A program made the translations under genes and the position numbers. The notes below the pieces were generated by a model that had not been told where the DNA came from, did not search any database, and saw nothing but the letters and a program-made list of their open reading frames with translations. A stretch of DNA of 64,000 bases from an uncultured Mycoplasmatota bacterium (GTDB lineage Bacteria > Bacillota_I > Bacilli_A > RF39 > UBA660): contig CAMLTY010000002.1 of the NCBI GenBank assembly GCA_946486465.1, positions 4,331 through 68,330 of the forward strand. Reading direction: 5' to 3'. Shown here in pieces: positions 18,256-29,608 of this stretch. How positions within the stretch are numbered: position 1 is the stretch's first letter; each line of letters opens with the position of its first letter.

Positions 18256-19572
18256 CTACACATCTTTACTTTTAAAGGCCTTAAAGAATTTACTCCATGC
18301 TTTTTCATTAGAATAATTAAGTATTCCTACTTTATATACTTTAATACCAAAATGTAACATTAAATAGATAAAGATAACAAGTACTATGATAGAAATAACT
18401 ATATCAATTAAACCTATCTCTCCCATCATAAAAAGACTAGGACTAACAAAAGATGATAGGAATGGTACATATGAAAGTATTCTAATTAATAAAGAGCCAT
18501 TAAACATACCTGCCATCATCGCTAAGTAATAACCTCCTAAAGAAAGGAATACTAATGGTGTTTGTAACTGTGAAAAGTCTTCCATATTAACAGTCATAGA
18601 GGCTAGAATTCCTGCTACTATTGAATAAGCAAGGAATGATAAAACTATTAAGATTAAAGTTAGTGGTATTACATAAATTAACTTTTCAATAAAACCAGAT
18701 GCTACTAAACTATCTAAGATAGATGTAACTTCACTAGGTAGTGACATTCCACTACTTAACATATTAGTACTTATTAATAGACCAAGCACAGCATAAACTA
18801 CTAAAAGTAGCCCTTGAACGATAACAAAGATATTACTAGCAAGTATCTTAGACATTAAGTGTTGTTTAGGAGAAACATTAGATATAATTATTTCCATACT
18901 CCGAGTAGTTTTCTCTTCACATATTTCTCCTCCTACCATTTGGATTAAAACCATAGTTAACATAAAGAATGGTAATATAATAGTTGGAAATACACTACTC
19001 ATAATAAGCCCCATATTTTCATCAACATTATTATCTTCATTAAGAACTACTCTATCTATTGTTACAGGACTAGAAATACTATTTAACGTATTAGCATCTA
19101 TATTATTAACAGCCATACCAATAGTAGTTTTAGTAGAGTTTAGGCTCTGAGATAAAACCTGATAAGTTAGTGTATCTATTTTCTCATTAGATGTAACTTT
19201 CGCTTTTAAGTATTCTTTATTATCACTATTTAACTCCACTAATATCTCATCATCTTTTAGATTATCTTTTAACTCTTTAACATCTTTTTTACTCTTTTTA
19301 ACTGTTACTTTCACTTCATCTTTATCACTATTTAAACTATTAGAATAGCTCTTTATATTTTGTTTAAATAAATCATAACTATTAGTATTATTATCTATAA
19401 CAATTATATTAGTCTTACTGTCAAAATCTCCTCCAAAGAAAGATACAATAGAATTTATATTTAAAAGAAGAATAATCGCTACTGCAAGTATTATATTAGT
19501 AATAACAAACCATTTAGTTTTAAATTTTTTTCTTAAACTAACTTTAGTTAGATACAGGAACTTCTTATTCAT
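18256..19572 (-). CDS. ABC-2-type transporter permease
   Basis: 438 aa: N-terminal TM, large extracytoplasmic loop, 5-6 C-terminal TMs. Overlaps the ATPase gene. Confidence 0.65.
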   Translation of the reverse strand: MNKKFLYLTKVSLRKKFKTKWFVITNIILAVAIILLLNINSIVSFFGGDFDSKTNIIVIDNNTNSYDLFKQNIKSYSNSLNSDKDEVKVTVKKSKKDVKELKDNLKDDEILVELNSDNKEYLKAKVTSNEKIDTLTYQVLSQSLNSTKTTIGMAVNNIDANTLNSISSPVTIDRVVLNEDNNVDENMGLIMSSVFPTIILPFFMLTMVLIQMVGGEICEEKTTRSMEIIISNVSPKQHLMSKILASNIFVIVQGLLLVVYAVLGLLISTNMLSSGMSLPSEVTSILDSLVASGFIEKLIYVIPLTLILIVLSFLAYSIVAGILASMTVNMEDFSQLQTPLVFLSLGGYYLAMMAGMFNGSLLIRILSYVPFLSSFVSPSLFMMGEIGLIDIVISIIVLVIFIYLMLHFGIKVYKVGILNYSNEKAWSKFFKAFKSKDV

Positions 19573-20461
19573 GGATACCCCCTACTTTCGCAATAAATAT
19601 TTCATTAAGTGTAGGTTCAACTACATCATACTTAGTAATATTACAGTTCTTAACTAAAGAGAATATCTTAGGAGCGACTGTTTTATCTTCTATTTTTACT
19701 TCTATTTCTCCTCTTACTTTAGAAACATCTAATACCCCTTTTACTTTCTTTATTTTATCAAGAGGTAAATCATCTCCTCTTAACATAATATTTTTAATAC
19801 CAAATTCTTCTTTAATATCTTTTAACATTCCACTAACAACAGGCTTTCCTTTTACAAGGATAACTAACTTTTCACAAAAGTCCTCTATATATTCCATCTG
19901 ATGTGATGAAAAGATAATAGATGTACCTTCTTTTTGTAAATCATATATAGCATCTTTCATTAATTTAACATTAATAGGATCAAGCCCTGTAAAAGGTTCA
20001 TCTAATATTAATAGTTTAGGATGATTGATAATAGCAGAAATAAACTGTATTTTTTGTTGATTACCTTTAGAAAGTTCTTTAATTTTTCTATTCTTATAAC
20101 TAGAAATTTCAAATCTTTCTAACCATTTATCTATATCTTTTTCTATAGTTCTCTCATCAAGACCTTTTAATACTCCATAAAAAGTAAGTTGTTCTAAGAC
20201 TGTAAGTTTAGTAAGTAAACTTCTCTCTTCTGTAACAAAGCCTATTTCATCAGTTAAGTTATAATCAATTTTCTCTCCATCAAGTAAAACTTCTCCACTA
20301 CTCGCTTCAATTAATCCCATTATAATTCTAAAAGTAGTAGTCTTACCAGCTCCATTTTCACCAAGTAATCCAAATATTTCTCCATCTTTAACAGTAAAGG
20401 ACAGATCATTAACTGCCCTATTATTTCCATAATATTTTGTAATATGTTTAACTTCAAGCAT
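19565..20461 (-). CDS. ABC transporter ATP-binding protein
   Basis: Walker A GENGAGKTT, signature LSKGNQQK, Walker B LLILDEP. Start set at ATG 20461 (GAGGAG RBS). Confidence 0.85.
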   Translation of the reverse strand: MLEVKHITKYYGNNRAVNDLSFTVKDGEIFGLLGENGAGKTTTFRIIMGLIEASSGEVLLDGEKIDYNLTDEIGFVTEERSLLTKLTVLEQLTFYGVLKGLDERTIEKDIDKWLERFEISSYKNRKIKELSKGNQQKIQFISAIINHPKLLILDEPFTGLDPINVKLMKDAIYDLQKEGTSIIFSSHQMEYIEDFCEKLVILVKGKPVVSGMLKDIKEEFGIKNIMLRGDDLPLDKIKKVKGVLDVSKVRGEIEVKIEDKTVAPKIFSLVKNCNITKYDVVEPTLNEIFIAKVGGIHE

Positions 20462-20476
20462 AAAAACTCTCCTCAA

Positions 20477-21517
20477 TTACCATTTTATATCTATTTTTAA
20501 TTTATCTATCATAAAGCGATATACCACTAAGAATGCTCTAAATAAATGTAATTTATAAATAATTTTTACAATCCATAACTTAAAATTACTTTTATTCTTT
20601 ATAACATAACCTAATTTAATAAACTTACTACTTCTCCATGTAGGAAAATAATCATCTAAAAATTTATTATTATCTTTTATAGCAGCCTTTAAATTACAGT
20701 TTTTGTCATATGATAATCTAAACATCAAAGACACACCTAAATGTAAGAAAGCCATAGCATCCAATATTTTTAACATATTAACTCTATTTTCACTTTCTTC
20801 ATAAACTCTTCTTACTTCTACCATTGCTCTATAAGTAGACTCTACTTGCTCTTTTTTAATAGTTGTAATAATAGAACCTTGTCTAACCATATAAAATACC
20901 AAACTTCTATTAACAAAAACTACTTTCTTAGCATTTATATAGATTAATAATAGAAACATCATATCATCTAATATTCTAGGAGGGTGTTCTAAATCTGCTT
21001 GTTTCTTTAAAAGCTCAGCTTTATAAATCTTATTCCAAGGAGCCCCATTTAACTCTAACAATCCCCCAGGATTTTTTTCAATTTCAATAACTTTATCTTC
21101 ACTTTTACACATTTCTCTTGAATAAAGCTTACCTGTATCTAAATCTATTCTATCAAAACCACAAACTGATATATCAGCATTCTCTTTTTTCGCTTTATTA
21201 TATAAAAGTTCAGCATAGTTCAAGTCAACATAATCATCACTATCAACAAAGCCAATAAATTCTCCAGTCGCTTTCTTTATACCATCTTTTCTTCCTTTCC
21301 AAACTCCCTCATTTTTCTTATCAATAATAACTATTTTATCCTTATATTTCTTTTGATAATCTTTTAATATTTTTAAACAATTATCGGGAGAACCATCATT
21401 AATACATATTATTTCAATATCTTTTAGAGTTTGATTAACTAAAGAATCTAGACATCTAGGCAAATATTTCTCTACTTTATAACATGGTACTATTATACTT
21501 AACTTCTTCTTACTCAT
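20477..21517 (-). CDS. family 2 glycosyltransferase
   Basis: SIIVPCYKVEKYLPRCLDSLVNQTLKDIEIICINDGSPD...VDSDD. Confidence 0.8.
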   Translation of the reverse strand: MSKKKLSIIVPCYKVEKYLPRCLDSLVNQTLKDIEIICINDGSPDNCLKILKDYQKKYKDKIVIIDKKNEGVWKGRKDGIKKATGEFIGFVDSDDYVDLNYAELLYNKAKKENADISVCGFDRIDLDTGKLYSREMCKSEDKVIEIEKNPGGLLELNGAPWNKIYKAELLKKQADLEHPPRILDDMMFLLLIYINAKKVVFVNRSLVFYMVRQGSIITTIKKEQVESTYRAMVEVRRVYEESENRVNMLKILDAMAFLHLGVSLMFRLSYDKNCNLKAAIKDNNKFLDDYFPTWRSSKFIKLGYVIKNKSNFKLWIVKIIYKLHLFRAFLVVYRFMIDKLKIDIKW

Positions 21518-21518
21518 C

Positions 21519-22679
21519 TTACTTTACTCCTTCTATTTCTTTAAATAAATCTAATGCTCTTCTAACAACAGCATCCATATTATAATATTTATATTCAGCA
21601 AGTCTACCGCATAAATAGAAATTATCTATATCTTTAACACTATCATAATATTTCTTATATAAAGCAAGATTTGTATCATTAAATATAGCATAATATGGAA
21701 CATGTTCTTTATTTTTATAATCATAAGTTAAAGGATATTCTTTTAATATTGTTGTATTATCTTTAACTACTTGATTAGATAAATATTTAAACTCTGTAAT
21801 TCTTGTAAATTTCTCACTTACAGTATAATTAACAACAGAACTTGGTTGATAATAGTTTTCATCTCTATCTTCAAATACTAAATCTAGGGAACGATATGGC
21901 AAAGGACCATACTGATACTCTAACAACTCATCTAAAGGTCCACTATATATTACTATACCTTTAAATTCTTTATTATCATAATATATTTTTTTATTATCTG
22001 TATCTATTCTTAATAAGTCTTTAGCATTAGTATCTAATTTTACTTCAATATTTTTATTGTCTAACATATTTTCAAAAATTTCATTATAACCATTCTTGGG
22101 CATCGCTTGATACGTATCTTGAAAATATCTGTCATCATATCCTAATATTACAGGAACTCTATTAATAACTGAACTATCAACTTCACTAATTGGAACATTC
22201 CATTGTTTAGCAGTATAATGAACAAATACTTTTTCATAAACATATTTACCAAATTCTCTAATAACATCATCACTATCATTTAATAAATCTAATATTGAAA
22301 CTTTCTTTTGTTCACCATATGTCTTTAAAAGTTTTTCCTTTATTAATTTTACTTTATCGCTTGGAAATAAAAGTTCTAAAGATTTAAAGTTAAAAGGAAT
22401 AGGAACATATTCTCCATCAATATAACCTATAACTCTATGTTCATAAAAGTAAAAACTAGTAAATTTTTGTAAATATTCAAATACCTCTTTATCATTTGTA
22501 TGAAAAATATGAGGACCATATTTATGAACTCTAACGCCATTATCTCTAGTCTCTTCATACATATTACCACCTATATGGTTTCTTTTATCAATTACTAATA
22601 CTTTTTTATTAATATTTGCAAATAAATTTGCTAAAGTACTACCCGCAAAGCCAGCACCTACAATAATTACATCTTTCAT
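21519..22679 (-). CDS. glf: UDP-galactopyranose mutase
   Basis: VIIVGAGFAGS, HIGGNMYE, HKYGPHIFHT. Length of 386 aa is typical. Confidence 0.9.
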   Translation of the reverse strand: MKDVIIVGAGFAGSTLANLFANINKKVLVIDKRNHIGGNMYEETRDNGVRVHKYGPHIFHTNDKEVFEYLQKFTSFYFYEHRVIGYIDGEYVPIPFNFKSLELLFPSDKVKLIKEKLLKTYGEQKKVSILDLLNDSDDVIREFGKYVYEKVFVHYTAKQWNVPISEVDSSVINRVPVILGYDDRYFQDTYQAMPKNGYNEIFENMLDNKNIEVKLDTNAKDLLRIDTDNKKIYYDNKEFKGIVIYSGPLDELLEYQYGPLPYRSLDLVFEDRDENYYQPSSVVNYTVSEKFTRITEFKYLSNQVVKDNTTILKEYPLTYDYKNKEHVPYYAIFNDTNLALYKKYYDSVKDIDNFYLCGRLAEYKYYNMDAVVRRALDLFKEIEGVK

Positions 22680-22743
22680 TCTAAACCTCCAATAATATAA
22701 ATCATCTAATAAGATTATAACATTATTTATCTTCTACATATAG

Positions 22744-23094
22744 TTATTTTTTTATTGATATTAAAATAATTCCAACAATTACAAAAATTATACCTGTTAA
22801 ATTAGTGAGTGTTATCGCTTCTTTAAAAATAAAATAACTTACTAACAAGACTACTACTTGAACAATTCCCGTTGTAATAGGTACAATATAACTCAAATCA
22901 TAAGTAGTAAGTAATTTCTGCCACATTAAAAAGCTACCAATATAAAGAATAAAACCCAAAAGAGTAATATACCCTATTTTAAAATTAATACCGCTCTTAA
23001 AAGAAAGTCCTAATGAACTACCGCCTAATTTTAAGCAAACTAAACCACCAGTTGTAAATAAAACATAAACTGCTGTTAAGATATATTTAATCAT
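22744..23094 (-). CDS. small EamA/SMR-like 4-TM protein (candidate lipid-linked sugar flippase subunit)
   Basis: 116 aa, 4 TM, overlaps the next gene; sits in a GT2 + DUF2304-type module. Confidence 0.45.
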   Translation of the reverse strand: MIKYILTAVYVLFTTGGLVCLKLGGSSLGLSFKSGINFKIGYITLLGFILYIGSFLMWQKLLTTYDLSYIVPITTGIVQVVVLLVSYFIFKEAITLTNLTGIIFVIVGIILISIKK

Positions 23095-23431
23095 TTTTTT
23101 TCACCTCTGCTTTCAAAAGAGATAACTCTTGTATTAATAAGGTTGTTTTTTTCTTTTGTCCCGCCATCATTACTGTTAATATTAAAGTTAAAAACATAAG
23201 AATAGCAATGAATAAACATAGTACCATGTTAGATAATAGTTCAAAACCTAATAATTTAGCTAGTTTTTCCATCAAATTTGGAATTAAAGCTATAATGATG
23301 ATAACAATAGTAGAAAATAACCAAACTAAAGCATATTTTACAGGAATTCTATTTTTTAATAATAAATATAAAACGGATACTCCTAATATAATGGCAAAAA
23401 TAATAACCGTAATTATTAAACTATTTGACAT
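23087..23431 (-). CDS. DUF2304-like small membrane protein
   Basis: 114 aa, 3-4 TM, translationally coupled to the upstream GT2. Confidence 0.45.
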   Translation of the reverse strand: MSNSLIITVIIFAIILGVSVLYLLLKNRIPVKYALVWLFSTIVIIIIALIPNLMEKLAKLLGFELLSNMVLCLFIAILMFLTLILTVMMAGQKKKTTLLIQELSLLKAEVKKND

Positions 23432-24150
23432 TATTTATACCTCCTCATACCAGTAATAATAATTGATAAGCAAACATTTAACATATAATAAATATTTTTC
23501 CAAGTATGAATGGAAGACTTTCCTCCTTCACGCTCTTTCATATTTACTCCTACTTCTTTAATACGATATTTCTTTTTAGCAAGTTCTACAGTTGTAATCG
23601 GTTCAGGATATTCTAAAGGATAACTATTTGCAAATAAAGATATTATCTCTTTATTACAAGCTCTAAAGCCACTAGTAGTATCATAAATTTTAACACCACT
23701 ACAAAGTTTTATAAAAAAGGATATTACCTTAATTCCAGCCCTTCTAGCACCACTAGTTTTAAACTTACTCACATTACCAATAAATCTACTACCAACAACA
23801 AAGTCTGCTTCTTGTTTAATAATAGGCTCTATAATATTCTTAACATAATTTACATCATGCTGTCCATCTCCATCGAATTGTATAGCAATATCATAATTAT
23901 TATAATAAGCATATTTATATCCCGTCTGAACCGCTCCACCAATTCCTAAATTATGAATTAAATCGATATGAGGTATATTCTCTTTATCTAATATTTCACC
24001 AGTCCTATCTTTAGAGCCATCATTAATAACAATAACATCATAATTTATTTTATTTTCTTTATTATAATTTTTAATAGTGTTATAAGTTTTCAAAATATTC
24101 TCTTCTTCGTTATATGCTGGTATAATTAATAATACTTTTAATTTTTTCAT
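23431..24150 (-). CDS. family 2 glycosyltransferase (polyprenol-phosphate glycosyltransferase type)
   Basis: LIIPAYNEEENI, VINDGSKD, QFDGDGQHD. Confidence 0.8.
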   Translation of the reverse strand: MKKLKVLLIIPAYNEEENILKTYNTIKNYNKENKINYDVIVINDGSKDRTGEILDKENIPHIDLIHNLGIGGAVQTGYKYAYYNNYDIAIQFDGDGQHDVNYVKNIIEPIIKQEADFVVGSRFIGNVSKFKTSGARRAGIKVISFFIKLCSGVKIYDTTSGFRACNKEIISLFANSYPLEYPEPITTVELAKKKYRIKEVGVNMKEREGGKSSIHTWKNIYYMLNVCLSIIITGMRRYK

Positions 24151-24202
24151 TTCTCCTACTCCTTTAATTAAACTTCAATATTATTATAACATAAGCCTTA
24201 CA

Positions 24203-25360
24203 TTAATTACTATTAGGACTAAAAAATTTATTATAAATTTTATTTGTCCAACTACCCGTAAGCTTTAATATTTTTTCACCGAGATAATAAGAAACAACAA
24301 ATATTATTAACATGGATATAACAAACATAATTAGAAAAGCAAATTTATAATCTAAATATCTAATCAATAAATTTATTAATGGCATAGATATAACATTAAT
24401 TATTAACCAATGAAACATATAAACTTCAAAAGATAAATTTTTAAATTTAGTAAATATTCTAAAAGACAAAATCTTTTTAATCAATGGAGAATAAATAAAT
24501 GAAAGAATAATTAACATAGATCCTATTGTATGATAAAAAATATTAGCATCTCCTACTTCTAAAGGAAGAAAATGATAATAATTAGTTCCCCATGCAACGA
24601 AAGTAAACCCACAGAAATAGAAACCTAAAGCAAAGCAAAAAAGCTTAACATATATTTTGCTAAAAACTTTTTCAAATTTATCATTAGCATACATATCACA
24701 TAAAACCATTCCTAAAATAAATGGTAACATTGTAGTCTTAAATAATAATACTATTAAAATAATATAGATAAATTTTCTGTTCTTATTTTTACCTATGAAA
24801 TATAATAAAGCTAAAACAAGAAAGGAACCTATCAACTCCCATTTCATTGTCCATAGAACAGGGTTAACTGAAACATTTCCATCTATAAAGAATCCAAATA
24901 AAGATTCATAAATAACTTTTATTATGTTTAAGTCAAAATTGCAATATGATCCTGTTTTACCTAAAGTCTCAAAACAGGCTCCATTACTTCTAAATAAAGA
25001 TATTAAATATAGAACAATACAATAAACTATACTACTAAGTAACATTGGTATAGCCAACTTAAAGTATCTTTTAATAAAGCTTTCTTTTAAATTAGGCTCT
25101 TTTTTACTTGTAAAAAACTTATAAGATAATAAAAAACCACTAATAATAAAGAATATACACACGCACACATTTCCACCCCAAGAAAGCACATCAAAAGGAG
25201 TCTTAGAAAACCATACTTCTATTCCACTAGAAGTTCTTAAATCTCCTAAGTCTCCCGTAATAAAAGCTGGATAAAAGAAAAGTGCAAAATGATGTACAAT
25301 AACTAACAAAGCAGCTAAAAGCTTAAACCCATATATCCAATCAGTATCCTTCTTAATCAT
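24203..25360 (-). CDS. acyltransferase family 3 (O-acyltransferase) membrane protein
   Basis: 385 aa, about 10 TM, N-terminal LLAALLVIVHHF motif. Confidence 0.65.
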   Translation of the reverse strand: MIKKDTDWIYGFKLLAALLVIVHHFALFFYPAFITGDLGDLRTSSGIEVWFSKTPFDVLSWGGNVCVCIFFIISGFLLSYKFFTSKKEPNLKESFIKRYFKLAIPMLLSSIVYCIVLYLISLFRSNGACFETLGKTGSYCNFDLNIIKVIYESLFGFFIDGNVSVNPVLWTMKWELIGSFLVLALLYFIGKNKNRKFIYIILIVLLFKTTMLPFILGMVLCDMYANDKFEKVFSKIYVKLFCFALGFYFCGFTFVAWGTNYYHFLPLEVGDANIFYHTIGSMLIILSFIYSPLIKKILSFRIFTKFKNLSFEVYMFHWLIINVISMPLINLLIRYLDYKFAFLIMFVISMLIIFVVSYYLGEKILKLTGSWTNKIYNKFFSPNSN

Positions 25361-27464
25361 AAACTACCCTTTCTAACTTAATATTATCATTTTCCTTTTT
25401 AATTTTAAACAAATCCCCATTTTTGATTTTTTTTGTTCCTTCTATAATATCATCTAATTTATCATTCAACTCATCAGTTGTGCTATAAAAGAACACATAA
25501 TCAAAGTCGTAATCTATTAAATGATTAATAAATGTCTTTTTAGTTAAGCCCCAGTCTTGTAAATCCCACTCATTAGAAGGAGTTTTTATTTTCCAAGTTA
25601 TAGCATAAGGATTAGCATTAACAACTCTAGGATAAGTATAATACCTAGCATACCATAAAGGCATTATAGAATTTTCATCACTTTGATTAATAACGAATAT
25701 TTTGGAATCTTCACTAGTTTTCTCATTTATTATTGCAAAATCGGCTTGTCTAGCTTCACTTATATGCATAGTTTCCCTTCTTGCTTTTATATCAGTAAGA
25801 AAATAAGTAATATTAGAAAAACCTACCAATACAATAAGAGAAATAGATAAAATATGAATAGTTGTAACTTCCTTACTATTACTTAATCTATATAATACAT
25901 AAATCATTAATGCTATATTAATAGGTGCTAAATATCTTCCAAAAGAAGCAAGAGTGGATGCTTCATACTTAGAAAACATTACAAATAATGATAAAGCTGT
26001 TAAACAAAAGAAAACTGCATAAGAAATAATATATGGTAAAAGAAACCAAAATATATTCTTTACTTTACTTTCTTTATAATCAACTCTATAAATGAGGAAA
26101 AGCATAACTACTAAATAAGCAAATAAAGGAATGTTTATAAATCCATAAACTATAGTTTCATCAACAGATGATAAAACACTATTATAAAAATTAAGTATAA
26201 ATTGTGGTTCTAATTTAGGTAATAAATCAGGTTTTAACGTATCTGGCATTAAAGAATAATCATACGCAACAGACTCTATAATAGATGAACTTGCAAATAA
26301 TCTCCATGCTATAAAGAAAACTAAGATAAGAACACCAGGCAAAATATAAGGCAATAATGTATTCCATATATTTTTTATTGATAACTTTTTAGTAGATAAT
26401 TCTCTTAAATAGAATAATAACAACAAAGACAATGAAAAAACAAAACCATTTGCTTTTAACATAGTTATAATTAATAAGATTAAAATAACAGGCCATCTTT
26501 TCAAATTGTGTTTTCCACAATAATGTTCTAATATAATTGCACATCCACATAATACTCCTAACAACAAATCAACATATAACAAAGTATAAGTAATAGAGCC
26601 ATTAAATATTAAAGGAAAAAATACTGCTGCCAATAAAAAGACAACTATTGTAAAACTTTTTTTATTTATAATATACATAAAAATAGGCATAAGATAAGTA
26701 AAAGTTAAAATTGTTAAACCAATATATAAATTAGGTTCACTATATCCACTAAACACACTTACTATATAGTGCCAAATAGTAGAAACAGGTGGATAAGCTC
26801 TAGTAGCTCCCAAATTACTAATAACTGCATATAATGAATCTTGATCAATTGCAACCTTAGCAGCATAAGCCCAATATGAATATTCATCATATGAATGAAC
26901 ATATCTACCTACTCCACCTAAAATTGCAACTAAAAATAAAACAGAAAAAATAATAATCGTTTTTGTATCAATAATTTCTATCTTTTCAAAGAAAGAGTTA
27001 CTATTACGATAAATATAATATAATAAAGCTAAAGATACAATAAGTAAAAAAATTAATGATATAGATAAAATATTTAAAAGACCTAAAATAATAAAACTAA
27101 AAATTAATATTGATATAGAAATAACTAAAGAAACCTCAAATCTAAAATTAGTTTTAATCATACAAGCAAAAGTAATTAATAAAATAAAAGCATAAAGTAA
27201 AAGAAAACCACTACCACTATAAGAATTAAAAATTAAAGCCAGTAAAGCATTAATAACTAAAACACAGTTAATAACATTATAAAATCTTCGTTCTCTTTTT
27301 AAGACTTTAATGTTTAAAATAAAGAAAACTAAAGTTAACAAAAAGCTTAATCCATAATCAAAATAATTTATTCCTACACTAAACATAATTTGTTTAGATA
27401 ACATCAATAAAAACAATAAAATAATAACAATAAAATTCATAATACCTAATTTATTTTTTTTCAT
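25353..27464 (-). CDS. large polytopic membrane protein (candidate glycopolymer polymerase or GT-C-like transferase)
   Basis: About 704 aa with more than 15 TM. Start set at ATG 27464 (AGAGAGG RBS). No family recognised. Confidence 0.45.
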   Translation of the reverse strand: MKKNKLGIMNFIVIILLFLLMLSKQIMFSVGINYFDYGLSFLLTLVFFILNIKVLKRERRFYNVINCVLVINALLALIFNSYSGSGFLLLYAFILLITFACMIKTNFRFEVSLVISISILIFSFIILGLLNILSISLIFLLIVSLALLYYIYRNSNSFFEKIEIIDTKTIIIFSVLFLVAILGGVGRYVHSYDEYSYWAYAAKVAIDQDSLYAVISNLGATRAYPPVSTIWHYIVSVFSGYSEPNLYIGLTILTFTYLMPIFMYIINKKSFTIVVFLLAAVFFPLIFNGSITYTLLYVDLLLGVLCGCAIILEHYCGKHNLKRWPVILILLIITMLKANGFVFSLSLLLLFYLRELSTKKLSIKNIWNTLLPYILPGVLILVFFIAWRLFASSSIIESVAYDYSLMPDTLKPDLLPKLEPQFILNFYNSVLSSVDETIVYGFINIPLFAYLVVMLFLIYRVDYKESKVKNIFWFLLPYIISYAVFFCLTALSLFVMFSKYEASTLASFGRYLAPINIALMIYVLYRLSNSKEVTTIHILSISLIVLVGFSNITYFLTDIKARRETMHISEARQADFAIINEKTSEDSKIFVINQSDENSIMPLWYARYYTYPRVVNANPYAITWKIKTPSNEWDLQDWGLTKKTFINHLIDYDFDYVFFYSTTDELNDKLDDIIEGTKKIKNGDLFKIKKENDNIKLERVVYD

Positions 27465-27478
27465 AACTAACCTCTCTA

Positions 27479-28651
27479 TTATTTCCACTTAAATAATCTC
27501 TTTATAACTTTTCTAATTCTAAAATCCAAAGTTTTGTTTAATCTATTATCTAAATATTTATTTTCTTCTATGATTCTATCATAATCTTCTTTTAAATGTT
27601 TATACTTATATTGAAGTTCTTCTATATTGTCATGCATTTTTGCACTCTTAATACACTCTTTCTCATAAATACGTTGCAATTTTCTTAATAAGTTAATAGG
27701 AAGAATCCTCATATTTCTACTTCTAAATATTGATTCTTTATAATCATCAATAATAGGTAAAACATTGTTATCTTTACATTTTTTTTTCAAAAAACCTATA
27801 CATTTTTCTTCTAGTTGTTTTCTAAGATTTAAATACTTTTCACTATTTTGCTTTGGATTATCAAAATCTATATTACTAGTTAAAAAGTCTTCTCTATTAA
27901 TATAATTTAGATATGGTAAAAATGTACCAATTCTATCTTTATTTTCTGCAAAAGAAGTATCATATAAAAGCAAAACAGGAGTTTCTAAAGCTAGGCAGGG
28001 CAAAGAACAATGTAATTTAGTTGTAATTACCATATGAGCCCCTTGATATAATTTTAAGGTATTTTCTACTCTCTTCTTTCTTTCATCCCAAGACTCATTA
28101 GAAAAACTACCTTTTTTTACATCTTGAACAAACTTTATCACCTTACGATTAGTTCTTTTTTTTATATAATTAATCTCTCTATCATTTAAGCCAACCGCTA
28201 CGATATAATCTTCCTCTTTCACGCCTTCAAATTTATTTAAAGTTAGAGTCATGCAACCAGAAAAATAGTTAGGCACTTTCAACTGATCTAATATCTTTTT
28301 TGTATGCATATCGCGAGTCCCAACTGGTCCATATTTCTTAAAACTTTCCAAAATATTAGTGTTAAGATAATCAGTGCCAATTGTAATTCCACCCTCATAT
28401 GGAATCTTCTTTAAAAACATTGATATATATAAAGGTTCAATATAAGGAGATATATTAAAGTTAAAAATATCATGAATATACCAAGCATTCATAATTAATT
28501 TTACTTTCTCTTTTTTATCGGGAACAAAAAGCTCTAAATTCTCACGATCTATTAAATAATCAACTCTTGGTAAAAATCTTTCTTGAGCATAAGTTTGAAT
28601 ATCATCACCAATATTGTCGGTATCTTTATAATATAATAAACCATATTTCAT
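27479..28651 (-). CDS. polysaccharide pyruvyl transferase family protein
   Basis: N-terminal YYKDTDNIGDDIQTYAQERFLP-type motif; 390 aa with a coiled-coil tail. Confidence 0.6.
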   Translation of the reverse strand: MKYGLLYYKDTDNIGDDIQTYAQERFLPRVDYLIDRENLELFVPDKKEKVKLIMNAWYIHDIFNFNISPYIEPLYISMFLKKIPYEGGITIGTDYLNTNILESFKKYGPVGTRDMHTKKILDQLKVPNYFSGCMTLTLNKFEGVKEEDYIVAVGLNDREINYIKKRTNRKVIKFVQDVKKGSFSNESWDERKKRVENTLKLYQGAHMVITTKLHCSLPCLALETPVLLLYDTSFAENKDRIGTFLPYLNYINREDFLTSNIDFDNPKQNSEKYLNLRKQLEEKCIGFLKKKCKDNNVLPIIDDYKESIFRSRNMRILPINLLRKLQRIYEKECIKSAKMHDNIEELQYKYKHLKEDYDRIIEENKYLDNRLNKTLDFRIRKVIKRLFKWK

Positions 28652-28663
28652 AATATCATCCTA

Positions 28664-29599
28664 TCATTTTAAAAATTTATTTACTAAGTTCGTGCTTTTT
28701 TTTGTATACTCTTTCCTATACTTATCATATTCTGTTAAAATAGTATCTCTATTTTCTCTAATGCAATTTATCTTATTAGCAATCTCACCAATATCATCAT
28801 CACTATCTAAAAGTAAATACTTCTTTAAGTTGGGATAATCATCAAAAATATCTGTATTTCCCAATAAACAAGGTATACCTAAATCTAAACTTTTTAATAT
28901 TAACTCCATATTATTAAAAGTAAAATTACAATATAAATTAATTTCATTATCAACCATAGCCTCTTCTGTACTACTAACTTCTTTTGCGTTTATTTTAAAG
29001 AAATTAATAAAGTGTTTAGTAGCAAGCATATTAGGAACTATTTTACAATAATCATAATCTATTAGTTTTAAAGCGCTTAATTGATTATAAGTATTATGAT
29101 TAGGATTGTAATCATCTCCTATTAAACCAATAGATTTTTCTATAGTGTTTTTTCTTGATTTAGTCTTAACATCTAACAAAAGATGACTTGCTCTATATCC
29201 TGCTTTTTTTAATACTTCAGAGGTTGCTTTATCAAGACAAGCGATTTCTTTTATTATATTACGATCATAAAACTCCATAATTCTTGTGTAAGTGCCCCTT
29301 ACACCACTGTTTGTTAACTGAGCCAAATTATTTTTGTAAACAAATTTAATATCTCTTTTTTTACCAATATAAGGTAAGATTAAGCGATAAGATTCACACC
29401 AATCAAAAATTATTAACTTACTACCCTTATTATTAACAAAATCGACAATTTTATTAGCATCTTCCGCACTTAGTTCAAAATCTAAATATATAACATTATC
29501 AAAACTAAACTCTACACTATCTTTTATGTCATAATCAGCACCAGGTAATAAAACGAGATAAGAATCTTTTTTTAATTTATTTAATTCTTCTATTGTCAT
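28664..29599 (-). CDS. hypothetical protein with GT-B-like C-terminal half
   Basis: 311 aa, soluble. LDLGIPCLLGN resembles the GT1/GT4 C-domain. Weak call. Confidence 0.35.
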   Translation of the reverse strand: MTIEELNKLKKDSYLVLLPGADYDIKDSVEFSFDNVIYLDFELSAEDANKIVDFVNNKGSKLIIFDWCESYRLILPYIGKKRDIKFVYKNNLAQLTNSGVRGTYTRIMEFYDRNIIKEIACLDKATSEVLKKAGYRASHLLLDVKTKSRKNTIEKSIGLIGDDYNPNHNTYNQLSALKLIDYDYCKIVPNMLATKHFINFFKINAKEVSSTEEAMVDNEINLYCNFTFNNMELILKSLDLGIPCLLGNTDIFDDYPNLKKYLLLDSDDDIGEIANKINCIRENRDTILTEYDKYRKEYTKKSTNLVNKFLK

Positions 29600-29608
29600 A
29601 CTTACCTC

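Noticed and set aside
27779-27787. Homopolymer runs (T9 here, plus A/T8 runs at about 14943, 27455 and 43804) as phase-variation switches.
   Set aside because: Runs of 8-9 A/T are expected by chance in Lys/Phe-rich genes of such an AT-rich genome. No reading-frame disruption is seen at any of them. Only the 53033-53046 tract coincides with an ORF overlap, and that one is reported separately.
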